Origin: a bacterium
GTDB taxonomy: Bacteria > Zhuqueibacterota > Zhuqueibacteria > Residuimicrobiales > Krinioviventaceae
Assembly (NCBI GenBank): GCA_963675755.2
Contig: CAXXMD010000003.1
Location: 2,464,001 to 2,528,000 of the forward strand
Direction: 5' to 3'
Length of the DNA stretch: 64,000 nt
The notes under the pieces: generated by a model
What the model was told of the DNA's origin: nothing
The model's database searches: none
The model's input: only the letters and a program-made list of their open reading frames with translations
Shown here: positions 51,536 through 60,609 of the stretch, piece after piece
Numbering within the stretch: position 1 is the stretch's first letter
Layout: each line of letters begins with the position of its first letter
Position numbers and translations under genes: made by a program

Positions 51536-51827
51536 TGTGGAGTGCATTACCTTTATGTAATGCGGGCCGTCGTAGACGGCCATAATAAAAACATATTCAT
51601 ATAATAATATTGAACTTTTCATATTACTATGGTTTAAAATATTGGACAATTAAGTCTAATCTATATCGAACCTTCGGTCCGATGCGGCGTCAGCCGGTTG
51701 GCGGACAAGCTATAAAGGCGCCGCACTCCAAAAACACAATTATTATTTAATTTTCACACAGACTGCCAATTTGGTAAGGAGAATTTATGGGTTTTTCTAT
51801 AGATCGAGTTACCTCCGGGAGGTGAGT
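51536..51827. repeat. REP-like mosaic (TGGAGTGC...GCACTCCA arms; ACCTCCGGGAGGT half unit)
   Basis: tggagtgc (51538) and gcactcca (51723) are inverted arms. 51615-51740 is homologous to 31275-31380 but carries an extra insert. acctccgggaggtgag begins at 51811. Confidence 0.7.
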
Positions 51828-51922
51828 TCAGCGTTTTTACTTGAAAAAATTGCTTGATTGTTTGTGCGGTATTGGCTTAATTATAAAAATCAATTGTAAT
51901 CAATGGGGATTCAGGGGAGCGC

Positions 51923-52732
51923 ATGGATCTGGAACAGGATTATCTTGAAAACGAGTATGACGATAACGCGTTGAGTTTGGATGTTGAACCCGAACCTTTT
52001 GAGCCGTATCTGGGGATTTTAAAATCTATTCTGGTTCTGGTTTTGTTGCAGGGTGTTACCTTTGTCATTGGCATCATTATGAGTGTGCTTGCCATTATCA
52101 ATAGCAATATCGAGTTTTCAAAAATTGATGCCAAAGCTTTTGAACAGCAGCTCAACACAAATGGGTATTTCCTTGCCGAAAGTACATTTTACAATGCCAT
52201 TCTCTCGCTGGCACTTTTGTATATTATTATACAATATAGACGGGGAGTGGATTTCAAGACATACATTGGATTCAACAAGGTCAGTCTAAAAGTGATTTTT
52301 GAGACGATAATGATTATCCTGGCATTAAAGGTGGTCATGGTTCTTCCGGTTTCAAGCCAATTGACACACTTGAAAGTAGATGATTTTATGCTGATATTTG
52401 TGCAATCTGATGGCCCTAAATTGTTTTTCTGGTTTACAATTGTTGTGGCTGCGCCCGTGTTTGAGGAAATTCTCTTTAGAGGATTCTTTTTGGAAAGCCT
52501 GATCCATTCTAAATTAAGTGTGCACTGGTCGATTGGTTTGTCGTCTTTGATCTGGACGTTGCTCCATACACAATATGGTTTACAAATTAATTTTTTTCTG
52601 TTTTTTATCGGATTGTTTTTTGGGTATTACAAGATCCGGTATAATTCTATCTGGCCACCCATTGCCGGGCATGTTTCTATGAATTTGACATCTTTTGCGA
52701 TTGTGTCAGCTATTCATTATTTCAATGGTTAA
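51923..52732 (+). CDS. CPBP (CAAX/Abi) family intramembrane metalloprotease, paralog 1
   Basis: APVFEEILFRG, WTLLH and SIWPPIAGH..MN. Confidence 0.9.
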   Translation: MDLEQDYLENEYDDNALSLDVEPEPFEPYLGILKSILVLVLLQGVTFVIGIIMSVLAIINSNIEFSKIDAKAFEQQLNTNGYFLAESTFYNAILSLALLYIIIQYRRGVDFKTYIGFNKVSLKVIFETIMIILALKVVMVLPVSSQLTHLKVDDFMLIFVQSDGPKLFFWFTIVVAAPVFEEILFRGFFLESLIHSKLSVHWSIGLSSLIWTLLHTQYGLQINFFLFFIGLFFGYYKIRYNSIWPPIAGHVSMNLTSFAIVSAIHYFNG

Positions 52733-52877
52733 TTGGATAATAGGCTCAATATGCTACCAGGGTCATAAAAAAGGACCACTAAACACAATATAAAGCACGA
52801 AAATAACTTGAATTTTTAGCTGGAACAGAATGGTTTAATTAACATATTAATTCTATAGTTAAGGGGATTCCGGGTAA

Positions 52878-53630
52878 ATGAGAATAAACGCTGCCATACG
52901 CAATCCAAAACCTTATTTGGGGATTTTTAAAACAATAGTGGTATTGGTTTTGTTTCAGATTGTTTCTGCGATTGTGACTGTAGTTTTGGGGATTATTGCA
53001 GTTGTTAAAAGTTCCTATGAATTGACAGATCTGAACATTGGAACGTTTTTTCTACAACTGACTTCCGATGGATATTTTATTGCCCAAATTACGTTTTACA
53101 GTGCAATATTGGTACTGGTAGCCCTGTACCTCATTATTGATTTGCGTAAGGGTGTGGATTTTAAAACCTATATTGGTTTGAAATGGCCCGGTATTCAAGC
53201 TATTGGTGAGACGCTTTTAATCATTATCGCGTTAATTATAATTGTGAGCGTTGCCGATCTGGAGATTATGGGTGGGCAGAACGCGGAATTTATGAAAGAT
53301 GTTGTACAGTCTAACGGCTCTGTTGTGTTTATCTGGTTTGGGTTTGCCATTGTGGCGCCGGTTCTGGAAGAGGTGTCGTTCAGAGGATTTTTTCAATCCG
53401 GGCTTGCGCATTCCAGGCTGGGTACCCATTGGGCGGTTATTCTGGTATCGCTGGTTTGGGCATTGTCGCATTCTCAATATACTCTGGGCGTTAAGGTATA
53501 TTTACTCTGTTTTGGACTGGTTTTAGGGTATTCCCGGGTGCGGTATCATTCTATCTGGCCCGCCATTGCAGGGCATGTATTTAATAATTTAATATCGATG
53601 ATTGTAACCACATTGTCAGTTTATTCTTGA
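52878..53630 (+). CDS. CPBP family intramembrane metalloprotease, paralog 2
   Basis: APVLEEVSFRG, WALSH and SIWPAIAGHVFNN; shares PYLGI and GVDFKTYIG with paralog 1. Confidence 0.9.
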   Translation: MRINAAIRNPKPYLGIFKTIVVLVLFQIVSAIVTVVLGIIAVVKSSYELTDLNIGTFFLQLTSDGYFIAQITFYSAILVLVALYLIIDLRKGVDFKTYIGLKWPGIQAIGETLLIIIALIIIVSVADLEIMGGQNAEFMKDVVQSNGSVVFIWFGFAIVAPVLEEVSFRGFFQSGLAHSRLGTHWAVILVSLVWALSHSQYTLGVKVYLLCFGLVLGYSRVRYHSIWPAIAGHVFNNLISMIVTTLSVYS

Positions 53631-53661
53631 GTAAAACAAATAATTTATAAAAGGATTGAAT

Positions 53662-54132
53662 ATGAGCATGACCAAAAAGACCGGACTGTTACTGCCACTG
53701 CTGATTGTTATTCTGTTGACACTGCTGTGGGGATGTGATTTGGAAAATACCAAAACCGCAAAATCGGATGGGGTGTGGGTGTTTTTGACGCTTCGTTACG
53801 AGAGTAATGACGGGTTCCAGTTTAATTATTATTATGGTGAAATGAACAAAAAGCTGTATAACAAAATAGCCAGCAACCTGATTACAAAAGGATTTTTTAA
53901 ACTCAACAAGGTCCGGTACTGGAACAATGATGACAAGCTGGAGCTATATGCGGATGATGTCTATTCCGGAAATATGGTGTTCCGTATTGAGGATATACGC
54001 AAACTGAACGAACTCAATGACGATCCCGTGCTTACCAATATATATGAAGAACTCTCGGAAACCGCCCAGGCCCTGAGAGACAGTACGCAGGTGGAGGAGA
54101 ATTTGAATTTTGAAGAAAATTCAGAACCATAA
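53662..54132 (+). CDS. Hypothetical lipoprotein
   Basis: Hydrophobic signal ending LWG-C; SD aaagga. Confidence 0.7.
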   Translation: MSMTKKTGLLLPLLIVILLTLLWGCDLENTKTAKSDGVWVFLTLRYESNDGFQFNYYYGEMNKKLYNKIASNLITKGFFKLNKVRYWNNDDKLELYADDVYSGNMVFRIEDIRKLNELNDDPVLTNIYEELSETAQALRDSTQVEENLNFEENSEP

Positions 54133-54361
54133 ATATAATTTAAAAGAGAATGAGTCAATGGGCTAGTTGGATTTGTTTTGCCCTAATACCACAAAGAAAA
54201 GGAAAAGGTATACGAAGTACAATAAGAATTTGAATTGAAAGGGTTCTTTCTTTTTAAATTATTTAGCATGATATGTGAAGGATTGAAATTTTTTAATTGA
54301 TTATTTCGCGTGGAATGTCTATTTTTTAAAGTTAAAGTTTACAATATAGATTGTGATAATT

Positions 54362-54661
54362 ATGTCAAGAAAATATCATATTTTGCCCTCAGCTGAAGGA
54401 TGGATTGTTAGATGGATTGCTAAAGGGGTGGGCAGGGAAAAGACTTTTAAGACAAAAGATCTGGCAATTGCTGAAACCAAACGAAAAATGTCAAAAGAAC
54501 CCGGTTCTCAAATGATAGTACATTCAAAGGACGGTAAAGTTATGTCAGTTCATTTGGGTGAAATAGGGTACAAAGTAAAATCTGCTAATGTTAAACACCG
54601 ATTAAACAATAAATCTGTTCGGAATATAATAGCAAAAGTAATGTACCAACAACAGCAATAA
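54362..54661 (+). CDS. DUF2188-domain protein with basic C-terminal extension
   Basis: YHILP..EGWIV...FKTKDLAI...IVHSKDGKV matches the DUF2188 pattern. Confidence 0.75.
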   Translation: MSRKYHILPSAEGWIVRWIAKGVGREKTFKTKDLAIAETKRKMSKEPGSQMIVHSKDGKVMSVHLGEIGYKVKSANVKHRLNNKSVRNIIAKVMYQQQQ

Positions 54662-54679
54662 GTTATATCTTGGGGTGAA

Positions 54680-55282
54680 ATGAATCTTAATGTCTTTGTT
54701 AATTGTCCTTTTGATGATAATTATGTTCCTCTTTTTGAAGCTATTTTGTTTTCAATATATTTTTGTGGATTTAAACCCAGATGTGCATTAGAAGTAGATG
54801 ATGCATCACAAAATCGTTTGGAAAAAATTTATTCAATTATTGAAGAATGTGATTTAGGAATTCATGATATTTCTCGAATAGAGTTGAATTTGAATAACCT
54901 TCCCCGTTTTAATATGCCATTGGAATTTGGAATTTTTTTGGGTGCAAAAAGATTTGGTGGGCGACGACAAAAATCAAAAATGTGCATGGTTTTTGATAGT
55001 GAAAATTATCGATATCAGCAATTCATTTCGGATATTGCAGGTCAGGATATTAAAGCTCATAATAATAATCCTGAACAAATAATTAGAATAAATAGGAATT
55101 GGTTTAACTCCTTAGGCAATCACCGATCATTCCCCGGGGCAAATGCAATAATTGGAAAATTCAATGATTTCCTAATCCAGAAACCTCAAATTCTACAAGA
55201 ACTCAATCTTACACCAGATGATGTGCAATATGCAGATAATATTCAGATTATTGAAGAGTGGATAAAACAAAGTCAAATTTAA
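54680..55282 (+). CDS. TIR / nucleoside-2-deoxyribosyltransferase-like fold protein
   Basis: VFVNCPFD first strand, IEECDLGIHDIS and RFNMPLEFG (NxxxExG, candidate catalytic Glu). Confidence 0.65.
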   Translation: MNLNVFVNCPFDDNYVPLFEAILFSIYFCGFKPRCALEVDDASQNRLEKIYSIIEECDLGIHDISRIELNLNNLPRFNMPLEFGIFLGAKRFGGRRQKSKMCMVFDSENYRYQQFISDIAGQDIKAHNNNPEQIIRINRNWFNSLGNHRSFPGANAIIGKFNDFLIQKPQILQELNLTPDDVQYADNIQIIEEWIKQSQI

Positions 55283-55438
55283 AAGTTTTAAGCATTGATT
55301 TTGGGATTATGATATTTCCTCCAATAAGCAAGAGATATCTAATAAGTTTGGCGTGATCCCTTTTAAATTGAGTTCCTCTGCATCTCTGCGTTAAATTATT
55401 TTGTTTGCAAATATCCCCGCAAAACCTTACATATATTC

Positions 55439-57382
55439 ATGAGATCCCGAATTACATTACTACTCTTGCTGCTGATTACCCTTGCACAATCCGACCCGCG
55501 CAAAGTTGAGGTAAAACCGTACAACGGTGCACCCGCGCTGTTTGTGGACGGAGCGCCGTATCCGCCCTTTGCGTACATGTCTTATTTTGGTGAAACGGAC
55601 TATTACAAACAGGCCGCGGAAGCGGGCATACATCTCTATTGTTTTCCCGCGTACCTGGGTGACCGTGGTATCAATACCAGATCCGGGATTGGTCCTTTTC
55701 GTCCGGCGATATGGCCGGCTGAAAATACAATGGATTATTCCAGTATCATTACTGATTTTAAAAAAGTGTTAAAAGCAGATCCCCACGCCATGGTGATCAT
55801 TCGTCTACATCTCGATCCACCGGCATGGTGGGAGGCTGCGCATCTCGAGGCGTGCCGGCAGCTACCGGATGGCAGTACGTTCCGGCAGTGCTTTGCCTCT
55901 GAACAATGGCGAAATGCTACCGGCAAAGTCCTGCGGGAGATTGTCCATTGGCTGATGGAATCGGATTATCGGGACAATCTTGTGGGTATTCATCTCGCCG
56001 CGGGCGGCACCGAAGAGTGGTTTTATCATATTAATGACTATTATGAAGATGTAAATCCTTCGGTTGCAGAAAGGTTCCGGGTGTGGCTGCGGGAGAAATA
56101 TGCAAGTCCGGACTCGCTGCAAAAATCCTGGAAAAATAATACCGTGGATTTTAAGTCTGCAATCCCTGCAGATATCAGTGGTCGGGTGCGCGAGGAACGC
56201 TGGCGCAATCCCGTAACCGAACAGCCTGTGCTGGATACGTTTCGGTTTCACACCCATACCCTGGTTGACAATATCATCTATTTTTGTCAACTTGTCAAAG
56301 AATTCAGCAATGGAGAGCTGCTTACCGGTGCGTTTTACGGTTATCAGTATTTTGTAACAGATGCGCGACGCGGCCATGGTCCCATGCAAAAATTGCTGGA
56401 CTGTGATGACCTGGATTTTCTCTCGAGTCCCAATGTCTATAACCGGGTGATGGGAGAAGACTGGCCTCCCATGAGCGCGGTACAGTCCGTGCAGCTTCAC
56501 GGCAAGCTGTGGCTGGCGGAAAATGATACGCGCACATACAAAACCGGATTGCTAAAGGAGCGCAAACCCGAGGTCCCTCCGCCAGGACAATATGAGAGCG
56601 GTGTGTGGATCGGTCCCGCGGGTGCTGATGAATCCGTTGCGCTGCTCAGAAAAAACAGCGCACGCATGCTGGCATACAATTACGGCGGCTGGTGGTTCGA
56701 CATGTGGGGCGGTTGGTTCGACAGTCCCGAATTGTTGCAGGTATTGCAGGATACCCAAACGTTGTGGAAGATGACCGCTGAAGAAACTGATACGCTTTTG
56801 CAATCCCAAATTTGTGTCCTGGTAGATGAAGAACTGGCTTTCTATGACGCCAGTTACGGCAAGCTGGCGGGAGAGATTTTAGCGAATCGATCTGCATTGG
56901 GCAAAACAGGGGCACCTTATGATCTGTATTTAATGTCCGATTGGGACCGCCTGCCAAAATTCCAATATCGGCTCATATGGCTGCTGGGTGTTCCGGAGCT
57001 TTCAGAGCAGGAAAAGAAAGTGTTCTCAGAACGGGAAGCCATGGTCATCTGGACAAATACAATTACCACGCGTGTATTGGCTCCGGAACCGGCACCGGTA
57101 ATGAACAGGGTGCGTTTTACTCCAGAGATTCTTAAACGATGGATGAAGCAGGCCGGGGTGCATTGTTATATGGATAGTGAGGATGTGCTTTACGCGGGCA
57201 ATGGCTGGCTGAGTGTGCATACCATTACGGGAGGTATGAGAGAAATCCGTCTGCCGTTTGCTGCCAGTGTTACGGATCCCCTGCAAAAAAAAGTGATATC
57301 AGATAGCTGTCAACAATTCAGTATTGAACTGCCGGCAAATTCTACTACCATTCTCAGGGTTAAGGCAGTAGAAAGTAATTAA
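55439..57382 (+). CDS. Secreted glycoside hydrolase, GH42/beta-galactosidase-like TIM barrel
   Basis: Signal peptide, GGTEEW (candidate acid/base), FRVWLREKY...LQKSW and LWLAENDTRT (candidate nucleophile). Confidence 0.7.
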   Translation: MRSRITLLLLLLITLAQSDPRKVEVKPYNGAPALFVDGAPYPPFAYMSYFGETDYYKQAAEAGIHLYCFPAYLGDRGINTRSGIGPFRPAIWPAENTMDYSSIITDFKKVLKADPHAMVIIRLHLDPPAWWEAAHLEACRQLPDGSTFRQCFASEQWRNATGKVLREIVHWLMESDYRDNLVGIHLAAGGTEEWFYHINDYYEDVNPSVAERFRVWLREKYASPDSLQKSWKNNTVDFKSAIPADISGRVREERWRNPVTEQPVLDTFRFHTHTLVDNIIYFCQLVKEFSNGELLTGAFYGYQYFVTDARRGHGPMQKLLDCDDLDFLSSPNVYNRVMGEDWPPMSAVQSVQLHGKLWLAENDTRTYKTGLLKERKPEVPPPGQYESGVWIGPAGADESVALLRKNSARMLAYNYGGWWFDMWGGWFDSPELLQVLQDTQTLWKMTAEETDTLLQSQICVLVDEELAFYDASYGKLAGEILANRSALGKTGAPYDLYLMSDWDRLPKFQYRLIWLLGVPELSEQEKKVFSEREAMVIWTNTITTRVLAPEPAPVMNRVRFTPEILKRWMKQAGVHCYMDSEDVLYAGNGWLSVHTITGGMREIRLPFAASVTDPLQKKVISDSCQQFSIELPANSTTILRVKAVESN

Positions 57383-57478
57383 CTGAATCTTTTTTCGTGT
57401 GTTTCGTGGGCAATGCTTTCAAGAGAATTTTAGAATTGTCGATGCATTAACCCACGATGTTGGTTTAATGTCCTGCCC

Positions 57479-58198
57479 TTAATACCCAATCCATAACAGA
57501 TTGCGAAAACGCTGCAAGATGATCTTGCCGACCGGGGTTTCCGCACAGCTGTTCTTCAGAATTTCAGGATCCTGGCCCTCTTTTGCAAGATAACGTCTAA
57601 CCAGATCAATATAGGCGTGCGTTATTTCTACATCAAACTCGGGATGGAATTGCAAACCCCACATGTGATTATTGTACCTGAATGCCTGATTGGGGTCCAT
57701 ACTGCTATTGGCAAGATGCACCGCGCCGTCAGCTAGTTTTAGCGCGCATTGGGTATGGGTCATTTGTCCCAATATAGAATCACCTAATCCGCCCAACAGG
57801 GGATCGGTCTGCGCTTCTTCATTCAGGTTAACGCTAAAGGTGCCAAACTCGCGTCCGTTTGGGTTGTCACCGGATTTCCCTCCCAGAGCCATGTTCAGTA
57901 ACTGGTGTCCCCAGCAGATACCCAGCACCGGCAGCATCAAGTTTGCCGATGCCCTCAGCCAGATAGCGGCTTCGTGCAGCCAGGGATAGTCATCGGTAAC
58001 CATGTAATGCGATCCGCAGATCACCACTCCTGATACATTGCTATGGTCAGGCAGTTTTTGGCCCTGACTGATATCAATGACCTTGGCGCTGTCGTGAGGG
58101 AGTTCCATTGCCGAGAGGATATGCTCTTCAAAATCCCCCCGGTTTGCCACAATTTTTGCTATTGTGCTGCCTGCTTTGACGATCAATAGAGGTTTCAT
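57479..58198 (-). CDS. Class I glutamine amidotransferase (YfeJ/GuaA1-like)
   Basis: Catalytic triad motifs LGICWGHQ and GLQFHPE. Confidence 0.9.
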   Translation of the reverse strand: MKPLLIVKAGSTIAKIVANRGDFEEHILSAMELPHDSAKVIDISQGQKLPDHSNVSGVVICGSHYMVTDDYPWLHEAAIWLRASANLMLPVLGICWGHQLLNMALGGKSGDNPNGREFGTFSVNLNEEAQTDPLLGGLGDSILGQMTHTQCALKLADGAVHLANSSMDPNQAFRYNNHMWGLQFHPEFDVEITHAYIDLVRRYLAKEGQDPEILKNSCAETPVGKIILQRFRNLLWIGY

Positions 58199-58226
58199 GA
58201 GATAAATCCGGTTTTGTACTACTGGC

Positions 58227-58703
58227 CTATTTTGTTAAAAATGTGATTCTGGTAAATCCTGAATCTTTAATAACAGATAAAAGTGCATTGACATGAACCA
58301 TACCAAGCTGACTATCTATGGATAAAAACACCCGGTCCGTTTTATCGGTATAGGGAGCCAAATGTTCTCTTAGTGATTCGTATGTTTCAAATCTCGAGTT
58401 TAAAACAATATTCCCACTCCGTTCGTAAAATATATGCGGACAGGTTTTGGGTATTTTATAAGCTCTGGCCGTTTTCGCTTTTGGCAGATTAACATATATC
58501 GGTTCCCTGGGAACCAAAACAAGATACGAATGACCTAAAACAAGAACAAACGATAAAAATACAAGCACCTGCATATTGTGCTGCATTCTGTAAATGTATT
58601 TTAGAGAACGTTTACGGGCATGCCATTTTTCCAGAATAGAGCGACTGGCAAAATATTCCTGTACATTATAAAGCTGTCGTGGTTTTATTTGATGAAACAG
58701 CAT
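58227..58703 (-). CDS. ExbD/TolR-like domain protein, paralog 1
   Basis: Single TM, VNLPKA and C-terminal LSIDSQL...V..LLSVIKDSGFTRITFLT. Confidence 0.7.
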   Translation of the reverse strand: MLFHQIKPRQLYNVQEYFASRSILEKWHARKRSLKYIYRMQHNMQVLVFLSFVLVLGHSYLVLVPREPIYVNLPKAKTARAYKIPKTCPHIFYERSGNIVLNSRFETYESLREHLAPYTDKTDRVFLSIDSQLGMVHVNALLSVIKDSGFTRITFLTK

Positions 58704-58726
58704 AACCCTGCCTTCATATTCCGTTT

Positions 58727-59236
58727 TTATCTTGCTGTTGAACTGTTTGAATGGGTTACAAAAACAATATCGTTAAATCCTGCCTGGTTCAGAATGGCAA
58801 TAACCTGATGGACCTTCGGCATCTTTACATTGCAATCAATGGTTAAAAACGCCCGGTCGCTTTTACCCGTGTACTCTTGCAAGCCGTCTCCAAGTGTGTC
58901 AAATGTATGAAAACGGGCATCAAGCGTCATGTTGCCAATCCGATCCATCCAGATTTTGGGATTATGGTCTGTAATTGTATGCCATTGCGCGCTTGGTGCT
59001 TTTGGCAGGATGCACATGAGGCCTGGTACTTCGGCAGTGGGTTGTATGCCGAAAAAGGCGATACTGCCCAACCGACAGGCAAATGTTAAAAAGAAAAAGA
59101 TCCAGAGATTGTGCCTGATCCGGTTCAGGTAACGATATTTCTTTTTGCGAACAGCCCACAATTCGATTAACGAATCTGCCGAATCAAAATCTCTGATGTT
59201 GTACGGCTGTCCCGGTTTGGGTTGATGTAACAGCAT
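58727..59236 (-). CDS. ExbD/TolR-like domain protein, paralog 2
   Basis: Single TM, ILPKA and LTIDCNVKMPKVHQVIAILNQAGFNDIVFVT. Confidence 0.7.
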   Translation of the reverse strand: MLLHQPKPGQPYNIRDFDSADSLIELWAVRKKKYRYLNRIRHNLWIFFFLTFACRLGSIAFFGIQPTAEVPGLMCILPKAPSAQWHTITDHNPKIWMDRIGNMTLDARFHTFDTLGDGLQEYTGKSDRAFLTIDCNVKMPKVHQVIAILNQAGFNDIVFVTHSNSSTAR

Positions 59237-59263
59237 GCGTTTCCCCTCCTGTATGAATTTAGA

Positions 59264-59782
59264 TCATGCGTTCCGTATCCATTTAAATGCAGCAGCATCT
59301 CCCAGTCCAATTCCGAATCCAATCATGGCACCCAAAGGTGCATTGATCAAAACTCCTTTCCAGGTAAATAATTCCATATAGAAAAGATGATGCACCAGGC
59401 TGGAAATGAAGAACAACAGCGATACAAGTGCGACCATAGTCAGAATACTCTGAATTATGTTTTTCTCAGGTATTTTGGTATAGATAAATACGGCTATAAA
59501 GAGAGCAATGAAATATCCCCATACTACCAAGTAGGCTGGAGGATTGTGCATTTGTGTGAGTAATCCCAGTGTGATCAGGATTAATAGATTCAAATAAATT
59601 GCATTACGTAGCTGGTTTTGTCTGATAAAAGCCAGCGAAGCCGAACCTGTAAATCCCAGCAATAATAAATAGAATAGAGGATGCTGAGGATTGTTGAATC
59701 CCATCCCTAAAATCAGGATTGCAATTAAACCGCAAAAAACAGTTCCCAACAGAGTTGGCACAATTATAGCATTGTATTTCAT
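59264..59782 (-). CDS. Hypothetical multi-pass membrane protein
   Basis: About six hydrophobic helices; ATG 59782 follows a G-rich SD. Confidence 0.7.
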   Translation of the reverse strand: MKYNAIIVPTLLGTVFCGLIAILILGMGFNNPQHPLFYLLLLGFTGSASLAFIRQNQLRNAIYLNLLILITLGLLTQMHNPPAYLVVWGYFIALFIAVFIYTKIPEKNIIQSILTMVALVSLLFFISSLVHHLFYMELFTWKGVLINAPLGAMIGFGIGLGDAAAFKWIRNA

Positions 59783-59997
59783 ACGACCCCCGCTTTTTGA
59801 GGTTATCAGGTATATCTGAAATACACATGAAAACAAGATTTATTTAAAAATATAATCAAAAAAATGAGTGATTTAAAGAACTTTTCGTTGTGTAAAGCAT
59901 TATAATTGTAACACATTGTTGATTTGTATTTAATTATTTATTACTTTGAAATGAATGATGTGCATTTTTATTAAAAATTTTATGATAATAATAAAAA

Positions 59998-60609
59998 ATG
60001 CTGCATTTCTTTGGAATGAAACCGGATTCCGGTTGTCTAAATGTTGAAGGGCGAGTTATAGAAAAGACTGACGCACAATTATTGCGTGAGGCGCGCGAGG
60101 GAAGTGGTGATTCTTTTAAGGAGCTGGTAAGGAGGTACGAGTCCCGTGTAGCCGCGACCGTAGTGGGAATGCTGGGACGATGTCCTGAAGCAGATGACGT
60201 AGGTCAGGAAACGTTTATCCGGTTCTACAAAGCCATGCATGATTTTCGTGGCGATGCGGAATTGGGAACGTATTTGACACGGATCGCCATTAATTTGTCA
60301 TTGAACGAGTTGAAAAGGAGAAAACGCCGGTTTCAGGTGTTTCCCAAATCTACAGATTCAGTGCATGACATGACAGATGACAGCATAAATCCTGATGCAG
60401 GTGATACCAAAGCAGTGATCAACAAGGCTTTGCAAAAACTGGAACCGGATTTTAGATCTGTTGTTGTACTACGGCTTATTCAGGGATATTCCACTAAAGA
60501 AGCTGCAGGAATGTTGAATATTCCCGAAGGTACGGTACTGTCACGGTTGTCCCGTGCGCAATTGAAATTAAAGAAAATACTCGAACCCTTAATGGGAGAG
60601 CAAGAATGA
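59998..60609 (+). CDS. ECF RNA polymerase sigma factor (true start probably downstream of 60040)
   Basis: FKELVRRY, ADDVGQETFIR, TYLTRIAIN and region 4 YSTKEAAGMLNIPEGTVLSRLSRA. Confidence 0.93.
   Translation: MLHFFGMKPDSGCLNVEGRVIEKTDAQLLREAREGSGDSFKELVRRYESRVAATVVGMLGRCPEADDVGQETFIRFYKAMHDFRGDAELGTYLTRIAINLSLNELKRRKRRFQVFPKSTDSVHDMTDDSINPDAGDTKAVINKALQKLEPDFRSVVVLRLIQGYSTKEAAGMLNIPEGTVLSRLSRAQLKLKKILEPLMGEQE
60013..60040 (+). promoter_or_regulatory. Putative autoregulatory ECF promoter GGAATG-N14-TTGTCTAA
   Basis: Resembles sigmaE-type GGAAC/TCTAA; a second copy lies at 61714-61742. Confidence 0.6.
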
